A stretch of 63,829 bases of DNA, filler included, from Octopus bimaculoides (GCF_001194135.2; 9 parts of 9 records of this genome joined end to end with filler, not necessarily neighbours in it); one strand, 5' to 3'; counted from the whole stretch's first letter, positions 12,405 through 25,357 are shown. Made by a program: numbers and translations. The notes: generated from the sequence alone by a model not told the origin.

Positions 12405-14340
12405 TCTTTCAAATCTGTTTCCATTTCTTGCAGAGTCTCTTCCTGATACCTACGGCAGAGAAACTCATTATACATATATATACAATTGTAGACCATTAAA
12501 ATAAACACACCAGATTGTTCATTTACATAATCATGTGATAGTGAGAAAGGAGATGAAAGACAGAGAGAAAAATGAAAAAAGGGAAAAAATGAGAAAAGTA
12601 AACAAAAAATTAAAAGGGAGAAAAGATGAAAATTCACAGCGACAACACTCTTCTCAGTACGTGTGGCGTACCAGTTAAGACAATCTTTTGCACTTCTTGC
12701 ATGGATAGTAAACCAGAGATCAAATAATTTTCAATTGCTTTTTTGATCATTCCAAGTGCTCCTACAATGAATGATATTGTAATTGTCTTAAGATACCACA
12801 TCTTTTCAATTGCGATTAGCAAATCTTTATATTTTCTGAGCTTATCAAATTCTTTTGCCGAGATATGACCACAGGGTATGCTCATGTCAATCGATAAACA
12901 GACTTCATTGTTTTGGTCTTTCACAAAATATCTGGTTTATTAATTTGATGGCCTGGTCTGTACATACAGGAAAGTCCCAAAGAATCGTTACATTTTCCCC
13001 CTCAGTTACAGCCTCAAGATGGTGCTTGTACCATTTGTTAGCGGTTTCGATTTTACAATCCCGACATATTATTCAGTGTAGATATTGATCAATTCTGTCA
13101 TGTCTAGACTTATATTCTACAGGTGCTAAAAATCTTACACCCAGACATCAGGTGATCCACTGTTTCAATGCCGTCGTTGCAGTATCGGCACTTTGGGTCT
13201 ACATGTTTCATCATGTTGGCTTGACAGTTCCGGGTGAATAAGCTCTAGTTTTGAGCAGCCAAGGTAAAGCCTTCACTCTCTGCCTTTAGCTCTGAGCTCC
13301 GTAGTCATTGATGGGTGTACTTCTGGTCTACATCAGCTTATTTGCTACGGGCCACATATTTGCCATGCAGAGGTTTTTGTTTCCACCTATCAGCCAATTG
13401 TTCAAACGCACTTTGTTTACTGTTGATTTCACCAGCTTTTCAACTACAATTGCTGCACTTCCATCATGCTGTTCAATCTGGGTATTATGCATGAACTCAC
13501 GAGCAAATTTTTCCCTCTTTTTCATAACAGACTGAAGCTTCTTATGCCTCTCGTGGTTTTCAACGAGCTTTAGCATCCAGTCGTTCGATGTTTCAAGATA
13601 TTTTGTCAGTCCAATTTTGGTGGTTTTGTAAGAGATTTCAAATTGGATCAATCCTCGACTCCCTTGAGCTCTGGGAAGGTAAAGACGATCTACGTCAGCC
13701 TTTGAGCGGTGCATATTATTGTACGTCGGTAGCTTACGGATTTTCGTGTCAATCTTCCTTATTTCACTCATATTCTAGTTCAACACATTGAAACTATAAA
13801 TAACAACTGGAACTGCTCAGGAATTTGTAGCTAGTACCTTGTTATGTACATTTAACGCGGATGTTAGGACTGCTCGAACTCTCCTGCAACATTTCTTTCT
13901 GAACTTCTCTTTCGTGTTTGCATGCTAAATACCAGAGCCTTCATTTATTCCGAGATATTTGTAAGTCTGTTCCTGCTCGAGCTCTTTTATAACTGTGTCA
14001 AGATCTAACACCACTGAATGCAAGTTCTTCAATTTCCCTTTCTGGAAAGTGGTCTTGGCACATTTACCAAGGCCAGATTCCATCCCGATGTCACCACTGA
14101 ATGCTTTCACAGTACGTTGTAGTCCTTCAAGCTCATTATCGTCTTTGCCATAGAGTTTTAAGTCATCCATATAAAATAGATGACTTTGGTTTTGTCGCAA
14201 ATTTTATATCTATACCTTGTTCTGTTAAGTTCACTTGCAAAAAAATTAGAGGTGAAAGTAAGTCACCTTGGAAAATGCCGCAGTTGATATTAATATTGTT
14301 TGTGGTCAGTACCCTATTAGAGTGGTATAATTGGAATACT
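12405..14340 (-). mobile_element. 5'-truncated R4/Dong-like LINE (family 1): RT, CCHC, REL, 3'UTR
   Basis: GIFQGDLLSPLIF; HLFYMDDLKLYG; HRSKADVDRLYLPRAQGSRGLIQ; CRYCNDGIETVDHLMSGC; SIDMSIPCG...KYKDLLIAIEKMW. Flanked by (GTT)n 12351-12404 and (ATT)n 14341-14420. Confidence 0.93.
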
Positions 14341-14355
14341 ATTATTATCATTATC

Positions 14356-14419
<64 letters not shown>

Positions 14420-15687
14420 GTCACCATCATCAACGTTTAAGATATTTGGCGGCTGATCTGAATTTATATTCATTCATTTTTATGCCTGATTAAGATGGTA
14501 GTCGATGTTTTCAGATTAGTGTCAAATGTGATTTTAAGTTTAATTCATTACAATGAGATTTGTTTTTGTTTCAGATTTGTGTTCTTTGTTGAGTATTTTT
14601 TTCCGTCTGTTTTCTATTCAGATTTAGTAGAATTTAAATTATTCCTCAAGATACATTAAAAATGCATATACAAGCAAAACTTCAGTTAGTATGCACAATT
14701 AATATAATATATAGACTTAACTAAATAATAAGAACATTTTAAGGTCTATATGGATATCAGAGTAAAAAGATTTTTCATGCGAAGACACAAATATCTTTCT
14801 ACAAACGTGCCGTAGTCGTGAAATTGCATCTCCAAGACTCATCAACCAGAAGAATTAGACTTATGAATTTCTCTAGACCAGATATATATTTCTATGTATG
14901 TGTTACGTGTGTGATTCTCTAAATTTCCGTCAGGCGACCGAGATATCAAATAGCTACCAGGCTTGTTGAACAATGTGGCAAATAGACACATGAATTTGAT
15001 TGAATATATATATATATANNNNNNNNNNNNNNNNNNNNNNNNNNNNNNNNNNNNNNNNATATATATAAAAATAAGCAACAGGATATAAAGAGGTGATGCA
15101 ATACGACCGTTTCAAGCGGCTCTATTTAATTGAACAATGATTGCATTGTTCAATTACATCAATTTAAATGCAGGGCTATCCTCCGCTGCATAAATAAATA
15201 GAATTTTTAATCAGTTGTACACAATAATATAATTTTACTCAAATTCTCTAATACAGCAAGAAGGAAAGAGTCCATGTTGCTACTAATGTAGCTAAGAATG
15301 TACTACACTTCTAAGAACTGTATGAAGTTTGTTAGGGTCATAGCTTGTAAAGGATTGTGGTTCATTTTAAATTTATTAGTCATTTTTATCAACTACCAAA
15401 TCTAAGGCTAGAAGACATTGTCTGTTTAGAATGGAGGGCGGGAGTGAGTTGACAGTTTATAGTTGGGTATGGTCATAAATATTGTCAGGATTTTAGGATT
15501 TGTATAAGTAACTGTCAATAAAGGAGGCGAATAGGGGAAGACCCCAAATCAAGATGTTAATTACCAGTTAAAGGGGCAAGACGCTAATAAAACCAGAGGA
15601 AATTATCATGGGGTACTATGGATGATTGTATATAAACAATTTTGTTATGTTCTATAAAGATAAAATTTAAGATTACTAAAAATGATA

Positions 15688-15885
15688 TACTCTTTTACTC
15701 TTTACTCTTTTACTTGTTTCAGTCATTTGACTGCGGCCATGCTGGAGCACCGCTTTTAGTCGAGCTAATCGACCCCGGGACTTATTCTTTGTAAGCCTAG
15801 TACTTATTCTATCGGTCTCTTTTGCCGAACTGCTAAGTGACGGGACATAAACACACCAGCATCGGTTGTCAAGCAATGCTAGGTG
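15688..15885 (-). mobile_element. tRNA-derived SINE (octopus-type), 3' half
   Basis: Matches 52790-53003 (…gaataagtactaggcttacaaagaataagt…gctccagcatggccgcagtcaaatgactgaaacaagtaaaagag). Confidence 0.9.
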
Positions 15886-17251
15886 AATTTATCGGTGACG
15901 TCTGTAAAACTGTGTTAATGTGTAGATTTTGCACTGTCACCACCGAACCGAGACCATTTACGTTAGATTTACTTCAGTTGCCTACTGATTAGCGTTTAAA
16001 ATCATATAGATATTAAGTTTTGCCTTTTATTCATTCTCCTATTGTCGATAAAATGAATAATACTAATAATTTACTGAGATAGAAATCAATTGACAATATC
16101 TACTCCCTTACGATAAATTTTGGCTTTGCAACAAGTCAAAACAATTGTTATTTAAATAATATTTAACCAGAGTATCTATTTTCTTTAAATTGATAATCTT
16201 GGGTTAGAGATGTTGGTGTATGTATGTGACTGTGTGTATTTATATAAGTATTATCATTGCGTATGAGCTGAGTTGTATAACATTTATTAATGAAAACATC
16301 AGAAATATTCTATATCTAAGTAGCTTTCGTTTATTTTTTTATTTCATTATGAAATAGTTGGCCAACCATTCTTTTCTATGTATCAAAGGAAAAGATTTAT
16401 TGAAAGCATTCTGCCATTTATAGTTGTCGAAAATATGGAAAAATATTTTAAATGGAATACAGAACAAATGAAGAGAATAATATTTAGATACATTCCATCT
16501 AAAATCCTTCAATCAATAAAAATACAGAAGTGAATATCCACTTTTGTGTATATCGCTGTTGTTGTTACTGTTGTTGTTACTGTTGTTGTCGTTGTTGTTA
16601 TTGCACTCTGTTTACTGATATTGTTTGTTTGATTATTTCTTGCTTTATCTGATCAATAAATGCCAAATGCTGTCAGTGTGATATCCGTTTCTAAGTCCAA
16701 TTATTTTGCATTTCCTGAGAGAAACGTGTGTGTGTGTGTGTGTGTGTGAGGGAGAGAGAGACAGTGAGATTGTATATATTAGACAGAGAGGCTATTCGTA
16801 GCTGTATTCGTATCAGGTTGTTTATAGTACTCTTTGTATATATATNNNNNNNNNNNNNNNNNNNNNNNNNNNNNNNNNNNNNNNNNNNNNNNNNNNNNNN
16901 NNNNNNNNNNNNNNNNNNNNNNNNNNNNNNNNNNNNNNNNNNNNNNNNNNNNNNNNNNNNNNNNNNNNNNNNNNNNNNNNNNNNNNNNNNNNNNNNNNNN
17001 NNNNNNNNNNNNNNNNNNNNNNNNNNNNNNNNNNNNNNNNNNNNNNNNNNNNNNNNNNNNNNNNNNNNNNNNNNNNNNNNNNNNNNNNNNNNNNNNNNNN
17101 NNNNNNNNNNNNNNNNNNNNNNNNNNNNNNNNNNNNNNNNNNNNNNNNNNNNNNNNNNNNNNNNNNNNNNNNNNNNNNNNNNNNNNNNNNNNNNNNNNNN
17201 NNNNNNNNNNNNNNNNNNNNNNNNNNNNNNNNNNNNNNNNNNTTCAACATC

Positions 17252-17335
17252 AAATTCAATCCCAGGTGGCGACCAAACACACCCAACAAAGGTATTCTAG
17301 TTGGGTGGGTTTGGTCGTAACCTGGAATTAAATTT
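17252..17335. repeat. 36-bp imperfect inverted repeat with a 12-nt loop
   Basis: aaattcaatcccaggtggcgaccaaacacacccaac (17252-17287) versus the reverse complement of 17300-17335: 31/36 identical. Confidence 0.85.
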
Positions 17336-17486
17336 GGTCATGGTACAACCATTATAGTGAAACTTCTCTGGCAAAAGAGATCATAGGTCACATTTGTGTC
17401 CCACAAAACTATGAAAGGGAAATAGTTGAAACAATAGAATATATGTTGAGAAGAGAAGTCTAACATTTTGGACGGAACCTTTCGTG

Positions 17487-17528
<42 letters not shown>

Positions 17529-18034
17529 TTTCATGGTGTTACTGGATAAATAAAATGGGAGTAGTGGGAGTGAGGAAAAATTATTATAACAGTAGAGGGG
17601 GGAAGAGAGAACAAGGGAAAATAATGCTGAAAGTGACGAGAAAACAAAAGATATTACTGTTGCTTTCACTGTTTTTGTTTTAATGCTACTACAGAATACA
17701 TCAGTGAATTTTTAGCCAATACTGTGTGTGATAGCGGATGTGTAAACACCTTGTCTATGTATATTGTAACTTCGTAGACAGATGACTGAGAGGTTTGCCG
17801 AGTTGATTCCTATAGTGTCTCGGAGCTTCATCAATGACCTAGTACTATCTAGTGAGGTACAACTATCAATAATTAATAAACCCACTATTACTAATAAATA
17901 AACACATTATTACTAACTAATTAACCTACTATTACAAAGACTTCAGAAAGTTTGATAAACCAATTTGCTTGTATCATGATTTCTTGGTAAGCTAGCAGAT
18001 GATTATATCTTATTATGCGGTCGCTAGTGGATAC

Positions 18035-18080
18035 TTGCAGCTGACGAAGCCCCAAAGGGGCAAAAATACGTATTTAGCAA
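18035..18080 (+). ncRNA. Minimal hammerhead-like motif with a probably inactivating G-to-A change
   Basis: ttgcag-CTGACGA-A-GCCCC-aaa-GGGGC-AAAA-ATACGTAT-ttagcaa: 5-bp helix II, palindromic helix III, partial helix I; GAAA reads AAAA (consistent with CpG decay). Confidence 0.6.
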
Positions 18081-18460
18081 TTTTCGCCTGCCTCTGATAT
18101 ATTTCTATCTTTTTTAACACTATATTCTATAAGAAACGCTATCAAGAACACCGCAATTTACCAGACATTCAATGATGTATATAGTCTAAGTATGATACAC
18201 AGATGGTTATAATTACCAGTGTTTTGTTTCAAAGTCATGCTGTACTACTTATAGATTTTAGCCAACACGCTAACACATTTTCAAAGGGTCATTTTTTGTC
18301 CGAAATTTCAAAATATTTCTAATGTCTCTGTTATTGTCATAATTGATATTTAATTTTCGATCTACATTGCGTTAAACTTTTAAAACACATTGATTTTTAT
18401 GCATTTTCCGCAATGCTGTAACCAAACTACAACACTTATATACATATATACATACTCGCA

Positions 18461-18531
<71 letters not shown>

Positions 18532-18533
18532 CT

Positions 18534-19378
18534 CAGGCGTGGCTGCATAGTAAAAAGTTTGCCTCCATACTACATGGCTCCAGGTTCAGTCCCACTGCGT
18601 GAAAACTTAAGCAAATCTTCTTCTATAGCATCGGGCCGACCAAAGCTTTCTGAGAGGTTTTTGGTAGACGGAACCAGGACGAAACCAGCAAGTAACCCCC
18701 TACCTCTCTCTGTTCCTTCCATGTGACTGGTGTTCGGCCAAGCATGATCTTTCTTTCTTCGCCTGACCGCCGCCCGTACAACACCTTATTTTCCTGTCTC
18801 CTGACTTTCGACTTATTATTAGTAGAAAAACACCTGTTGTTATTTTCTTGCTGTCTGTATTTGTAATCGTGTAACATTTTCTCTGTTTTGTAGTTTTTTG
18901 TTTTCTTTTTTGTCTGTGTTGTCGTATACATTCACTTGCTTTCTTCCAAAAATTTAATGCTCTTAGCTTAGATTTTTGGAGCCAACCAATTTTGAGCAGT
19001 CTCAAGTGTAACACGCCGGAACTGTAATGATAATTGAAAACTTGACTCATGAATAGAAGGCCACGATTGATCTGTTCTGGTTTTTCCAGTCCGTCTTTGT
19101 ATCGTCTATCTGTCCGTATGTTTTTATTGTTGTCCGTTACGTTCTTATTCCGTTTTGGGGGGGATTTATATATGTGTGTGTGTATAAGAGTGTGTGAGCG
19201 TGTGTGAATGTTTGTCCCCACCACCGCTAGAAAACTGGTGGTAGTGCGCTTATGTCCCTATAACTTAGCGATTCATCAAAAAACCTATAGCATAAGTACC
19301 CACCTTTAAAAGATAAGTACTGGAGTTGATTCATTCAACTAAAATTCTTCAAGGCGATGCCCTTGCATGAACCACTCT
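18534..19378 (+). mobile_element. tRNA-derived SINE split by an unrelated ~490-bp insert
   Basis: 5' half 18534-18675 and 3' half about 19170-19378 both match the 52173-53003 copy; the intervening sequence does not. Confidence 0.7.
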
Positions 19379-19399
19379 CCACAAAGAACAAATCCGCCA

Positions 19400-19580
19400 C
19401 CCACAATACAGACAGATACTGGTCAGTGGACACATAGAAAGGTGTGCGAGGACTCTTAATCCTAATTTCCTAATTTTCCCTTCTATCAATGTTCACAGAA
19501 CACCTCAATGCAAAAAAGAATGAATAAAGAGGCAACTTTCATCAATAAATATCTCCCACAACTAAATATGAGCACATAAC
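19400..19580 (+). mobile_element. Penelope-like GIY-YIG C-terminal fragment
   Basis: RQILVSGHIERCARTLNPNFLIFPFYQCSQNTSMQKRMNKEATFINKYLPQLNMST*. Confidence 0.75.
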
Positions 19581-20229
19581 ATAATATAGAACACTACTAA
19601 CCTTTCAATTAATACCACTAACCCCCATACATCCCATACACCATTCACATTACAGATCTATATCTACCCTAATTGCACCAAATCCANNNNNNNNNNNNNN
19701 NNNNNNNNNNNNNNNNNNNNNNNNNNNNNNNNNNNNNNNNNNNNNNNNNNNNNNNNNNNNNNNNNNNNNNNNNNNNNNNNNNNNNNNNNNNNNNNNNNNN
19801 NNNNNNNNNNNNNNNNNNNNNNNNNNNNNNNNNNNNNNNNNNNNNNNNNNNNNNNNNNNNNNNNNNNNNNNNNNNNNNNNNNNNNNNNNNNNNNNNNNNN
19901 NNNNNNNNNNNNNNNNNNNNNNNNNNNNNNNNNNNNNNNNNNNNNNNNNNNNNNNNNNNNNNNNNNNNNNNNNNNNNNNNNNNNNNNNNNNATATATATA
20001 TATATATATATATAAGAAATTAAAAGAGGAAAATACACACACTTTATATAGCTTTAATATAATTTTTAATATATCGACCGGTTTCGCTTTCGCTATTCAT
20101 GATATTATGGTTTACTTATTTGAATATGCATTTTCTTAAGAAGAAATTTTTGTCCATGTTGTGTGTGATGATATTTACGAGTGAATAACTTCACAAGTAA
20201 AAAAATAAGGGGAGATGAACCGTAGTGTT

Positions 20230-20720
20230 AACTAACGATAGAGGTTAGCCCTGTGGCAAGAAGAGTTAAAGTGTGGTGTTAATTAGCTGCGTCTTTACTG
20301 TACAAGTTGTCGGAGCTAAAGAAATCAGGAGAATGAGATAGCAGTTCTAGTTTCAGTCAAGTAAGAGGTGTGTAAATACAACAGGAGGGGTGTGAGTCAC
20401 TAGATTTATAGTGTAAGGGCTATCGAGAGTGACAGAGATAGCGAAAAAGGTAGCTGAAATGTCGAAGAGATAAATTTCATAGAAGGTAGAAATTTTCATG
20501 AAAGAAGTGATGACAGTGAGTGCATCGGTAGAGATTCAGTAACATTGATACAGTTAGCGAAGTAACATTGTATAGTTCCGAGTAGGTCTGGTAAACAAAA
20601 ACGGGAAGATTACCGTAACTAAGGACCATTTTAGTTCCCACTGCTACGCTGGTAGTTTTTTTATAGAAATCAGGGAGGATAACATTTCAGAATAACGACA
20701 AGTTCAGTTTACTAGAGTAG
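20230..20720 (-). mobile_element. Highly degenerate Penelope-like RT fragment
   Basis: Minus frame VAVGTKMVLSYGNL (cf. PLE AMGTKMGPSYANL) and LHYKSSDSH (cf. HYKPTDSH); decayed hammerhead-like …GAAACCGGTC nearby at about 20074-20102. Confidence 0.6.
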
Positions 20721-21032
20721 AGTAGGGGTGCTAAGTTCAAGTGAGGAAAAAATGTCTCAAAGAAATGTAGGAGGTAATATTTGTAGTTGTCTTCCTTTTT
20801 TTTTCTTTTGCTCTGCCAAACATTAAAGCTATCAAACTGATATTATTCTACTCACTACATTTAATCACGTTTTTATTTCTGGAGTTGAAATGAAAGCCAT
20901 ATTTTTACGTACATTTGTGTATGCCTTTGTTTTTCATCCTTTAGTATATTTGAAGGTGCTACGATTTATCTTGATATTAAAGTGGTTCCATCTTCAAATC
21001 TTTTTATTTTAAGATCGATGAATAAGCTAATA

Positions 21033-21895
21033 CAGGGTGTCCCAAAAGTCACTGATGGGTTTCAATTTTTAATAACTTCCTTAACTTTACAAATAAATGC
21101 ATGAAATTTTGATACAATATAACAGACATAATGGAAATTAGTATGCACAAGTTAAATTTTGCAGCACCACTACATCACATGTGAAAAATGACATCTCTTA
21201 AATGGTAGCCATTTTCGGCTTCGCACGCCCGTACTCTTTCCAAAACTTGCACCATAACACCCTCAAGACTTTCAGACCCCATTTCTTTATTGATGTTCTC
21301 CTTCAGTTGCACCAAGGTATCCGGTTTGTTGATGTAAACCCTCTCCTTCAAGTATCCCCACAAAAAAAATCCAGGCTAGTCAAGTCTAGAGAACGTGATG
21401 GCCATTCAAAGTAGACTTCTCACATGGTTTCAGCAAGATGGGGCAACAGCTCATACCGCAAGAGAAACAATGCAGTTGCTAAGACAGTGCTTTAGAGAGA
21501 GAATAATCTCCCGCTACGGCAATGCCAACTGGCCTTCACTTTCCCCAGACTTGACTAGCCCGGATTTTTTCTTGTGGGGATACCTGAAAGAGAGGGTTTA
21601 TATCATCAAACCGGAGACCCTGGTGCAACTGAAGAACATCAATAGAGAAATCAAGGAATTGGGGTCTGAAAGTCTTGATGGTGTTATGATGCAAGTTTTG
21701 GAAAGAAAACCGAACATAGCTGCCATTTAAGCGATGTCATTTTTCATATGTGATGTAGTGGTGTTGTAAAATTTGACTTATGCGTATTAATTTCCATTAT
21801 GTCTGTTATATTGTATCAAAATTCCATGCATTAATTTGTAAAGTTAAGGAAGTTAATAAAAATTGAAATTCCTCACTGACTTTTGGGACACCCTG
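21033..21895. mobile_element. Palindromic non-autonomous Tc1/mariner (DD41D, rosa-like) derivative with TA TSD
   Basis: TA-cagggtgtcccaaaagtca…tgacttttgggacaccctg-TA; arms 21033-21404 and 21530-21895 are inverted copies, each carrying the transposase C-terminus; WFQQDG…SPDLTSPDFFLWGYLKERVY has 41 residues between the 2nd and 3rd Asp. Confidence 0.92.
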
Positions 21896-24197
21896 TATAT
21901 TGACATCTATATAGAATCCACTATATATTTTTCTTTCAATAGCTAGAGTTGTGGCTAAATAAGAAATCAGTATTAAAATGAAGAGTTCAAGAATCAGTTT
22001 CGGTTCTCAGTTGATTCAAGTTAACTTTCTTTACATTATTAAGAACTTTGAAAAAAAGGCATGGACCTTACACATTCTGATTCTCCCTTAAAATGTCATT
22101 AGGCTGAAGAAGATCTGAGTCTCTTGTAATATCCACGAGCTTTGCCTTGTTTACATTGGAGAGGATTCTGTTGATTCTATCATCTTCTGCATCAACTAAT
22201 CGTGTAACCGGTTAAACAGAAATCAATATTTGTATAGTTCAAACGATGCTTGCCTTTATTCTAATTTCATTCCTTAGATTCTTGATTAACGATCAAATAC
22301 TACAGTCACAACCGTTCAACCATCTTCCAGTTTGAAGGAAATGCCATTATGGTAATTCCTTTGTGCACATTCATGGCTGGCTAAATTGAAATATTGGTCC
22401 TTCATAGCTGGCCATAGTCTCCTCTTATCCAATCCAACTAATAGGCGCCACACTAAATGTGAAATTTGCTAATGTTGATATAACTTAAGTAGGTTTCGTG
22501 CTCTATTTCAATTACTCTTTTACATTACTGTTATCTTCAGCCTGACATCTTGAAAATTCTAGACTTCCTCGAGAAACATAGTTTTACAGTACACAATACA
22601 TATTAATATCGAAAATACCGCTTCTTTGTCATAAAGGCTTCTATTTATCTGTTTCTAATACTAATTCTTTCTTGCTTACATGTCTTTCGCAACAAAGCTG
22701 CATTAAATGCGTCTTATTTATAACAAGCAGGAAGCATTGCAATATGACTTAAAACTGTTGTCATTCACTAATAAATTAAATTCAGATATTTCACTTTAAA
22801 TAAAAAATAAATCGTTTAAAACAAGGAATTACAATGTATCCTGTCTTAAAAGAAAAAAGAATATTTTTCATCTAAAAATTAAAATCAGTTCAATTATTTT
22901 ATTATTAATCAGTGAACAATATCTTAACTATAATATTGTTTGATGGTTAACATTAAATGTGATGCCTTTAATCGCCCCACCGTCAATAACCACGATATAA
23001 TGACATACGATGTTCTCACGGTTAAATAACTCTTCTCTCTTCGAAAACTGAATTTATGTCTGTCAAAAAAATTCATCGGTATTAATCGATATGGGTGTAA
23101 TTACCTTAGAATTAGTCAAATTTCGGATATCTTAAGCCTTTTGAACTCAGAGAACAAAGAAACAAAGCTAAATTTTTTAATGTATTCAACCCGGCGCCCA
23201 ATAACCAGCACTCTCTAACATAAAGAGTGGAACCGATTGAATCGAGTCAATACATAACTGGTACATGTTTTGTTAATTACTGGATAAAATAAAATAAATT
23301 CGTTGCAGATAAAAGTAGATAGTTTGAGGCATTTAGCAAAATACTTTCGGGTTCTAACACACGAATATAACCCAATATTAAAGATATAGAGCGGTGGGTC
23401 AAACGCATTTCTTGGAGTGAGCCAAATTAGATGCACAATTAATTCATGTTACACCTGTCATTAGATTACTGTAGGAAAATAATTAGCTTTAATGATTATT
23501 TCTGGTTAAGAAGGGTATGGAAGACAACTCCGAGATCTAAATTACTTAAACAATGCAATATATTGTGAGTTTTTTTTTTTTTGGGGGGGGGGGTAATGTA
23601 CAGAAACAACTTTAGATATGCTCCAGTTCTATGAAATCTCCTTAATGAAATATAGTGTTGCAGTGCTGACAGATCTCAGATGACTGAGAAATATGTGAAA
23701 AACAGTCATTGTTTTTGCAATTTAAAATAATTACTGAGGGTAATTTGCCAGTGATGCATTCTCTGTGAAGATTATATAATTAAATGAGAATGAACACAAT
23801 CGATGTGGGAAGTCAAAAACAATTTAATTAATGAAAAATATGCACGTAATGAAAAGATAAATCATTAACGGTATATTTGCTAAGTGTCAAATCTGCAATC
23901 TCAGACTACAACTGGCTATAGCTATTCCATATCTGGTACTACAAAACATCTGTGAGAATGACGACAAGACATAGAAGTACAGCTCAGCATCTAGGATTTC
24001 TCTTCAGAGATAATAGATATTTTGCACCTAATCAGTTCTTGACCTTTTGTATGGCCATCATCAGAGTACTGACATGCCTGAGTCGGCATTGCTACACAGG
24101 ATATATAACCATCGAATAAAGACCGACCATCTTGCTGATTGGCAAAGATCCACTCAGCAATAAAATACAACCCTTGGTGCATAACGTATTGTTTCCA

Positions 24198-24199
<2 letters not shown>

Positions 24200-24252
<53 letters not shown>

Positions 24253-24385
24253 NNNNNNNNNNNNNNNNNNNNNNNNNNNNNNNNNNNNNNNNNNNNNNNN
24301 NNNNNNNNNNNNNNNNNNNNNNNNNTCTCTCTCTCTCTCTCTCTTACTCCTCTCTCTCACTCTCACTCACTCACTCACTCACTCT
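24200..24385 (+). repeat. (CT)n microsatellite spanning a gap
   Basis: Direct reading. Confidence 0.95.
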
Positions 24386-24499
24386 CTACTGCTACTGTAA
24401 TAATCTCTGTTCATCTGAACGATCACGCCGTTTCCCATTTCCACCGAAATAAATGATACGTCCGGGTTTCCTCTATTTGTCATCGCTACATTGTCTCAC

Positions 24500-24649
24500 C
24501 TCCCCAATTTTGTACTGAGCCTTTCTACCAGTCTTTCTTCACCGTGTATCCAGTCGTCTCTCAATTTCTTTCTACCCTCTTTCTTGCAACGTTTATTGAG
24601 AATTTCAAACTGAATATCAACTACCTTGACCTCACAGTCTTGAATAAAC
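24500..24649 (-). CDS. Candidate internal coding exon of an unrecognised host gene (150 nt, phase 2-2)
   Basis: Acceptor gtttctttaacctttccAG|, donor GGGAG|gtgaga; only one frame open: FIQDCEVKVVDIQFEILNKRCKKEGRKKLRDDWIHGEERLVERLSTKLG. Confidence 0.62.
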
Positions 24650-24919
24650 CTGGAAAGGTTAAAGAAACCCAACCTTTATTATGAGTTTGCATAAATAAAG
24701 ACTATATACACAACGATTACAATTATCTATTAAGCAATAAAAATCCACAGTTTTCAGCCATTATATAAAAAATCAATATACAAGACGTGTAAAGAGATCT
24801 AAATATTGCGATCGAGTTAACTATTAACTATTTCTGATAAACAAAGATATAAATCGATAACAAAGTTAATTTAAACTATAAATCATGAACATAATTGTAT
24901 ATATTCACAGCGGCACAGA

Positions 24920-25257
24920 CAAACAGAATGCAGGGTAACAACAGAGTATATAGTAGCAACAAAATGTAGGATAGCAGCAGAATGTAGGGTAGCAAAATAG
25001 GGTATAATAACAACACAACGAAGGGCAACAACACAAAATAGGATAGGAACACGAAGTAAGAATAGCAATACAGAATAGGACGACAACTCAATGTAGGATG
25101 GGAACACAGAACAGAACAGCAACATAATGTAGGATAGGAACACAGAACAGAACAGCAACATAATGTAGGATAGGAACACAGAACAGAACAGCAACATAAT
25201 GTAGGATAGGAACACAGAACAGAACAGCAACATAATGTAGGATAGGAACACAGAACA
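24920..25257 (+). repeat. 36-bp minisatellite (aacataatgtaggataggaacacagaacagaacagc), degenerate toward the 5' side
   Basis: About 4-5 near-perfect units in 25085-25257 running into a gap; decayed units back to about 24920. Confidence 0.93.
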
Positions 25258-25357
25258 NNNNNNNNNNNNNNNNNNNNNNNNNNNNNNNNNNNNNNNNNNN
25301 NTTAATTAATTAANNNNNNNNNNNNNNNNNNNNNNNNNNNNNNNNNNNNNNNNNNNN
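25258..25357. other. Assembly gap spacer: 44 N + TTAATTAATTAA + 44 N (8 such spacers in the window)
   Basis: Identical 12-mer at 25302, 33001, 47022, 51321, 56231, 58836, 59965 and 61819, centred in N runs where checked (44 N each side); it carries stops in all six frames. Confidence 0.97.

Noticed and set aside
22100-22200. Plus-strand NIHELCLVYIGE resembling a GIY-YIG motif
   Set aside because: Single short motif flanked by stops; no other PLE features.
22278-22351. Plus-strand segment with a good acceptor and donor
   Set aside because: Stops in all three frames; at best non-coding or terminal, and unsupported.
23991-24182. 63-aa minus ORF
   Set aside because: No splice signals or recognisable motif; overlaps a decayed hammerhead-like repeat relic.
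24883-25251. ORF with a 12-aa repeat (FLSYIMLLFCSV)
   Set aside because: Translation of the 36-bp minisatellite.
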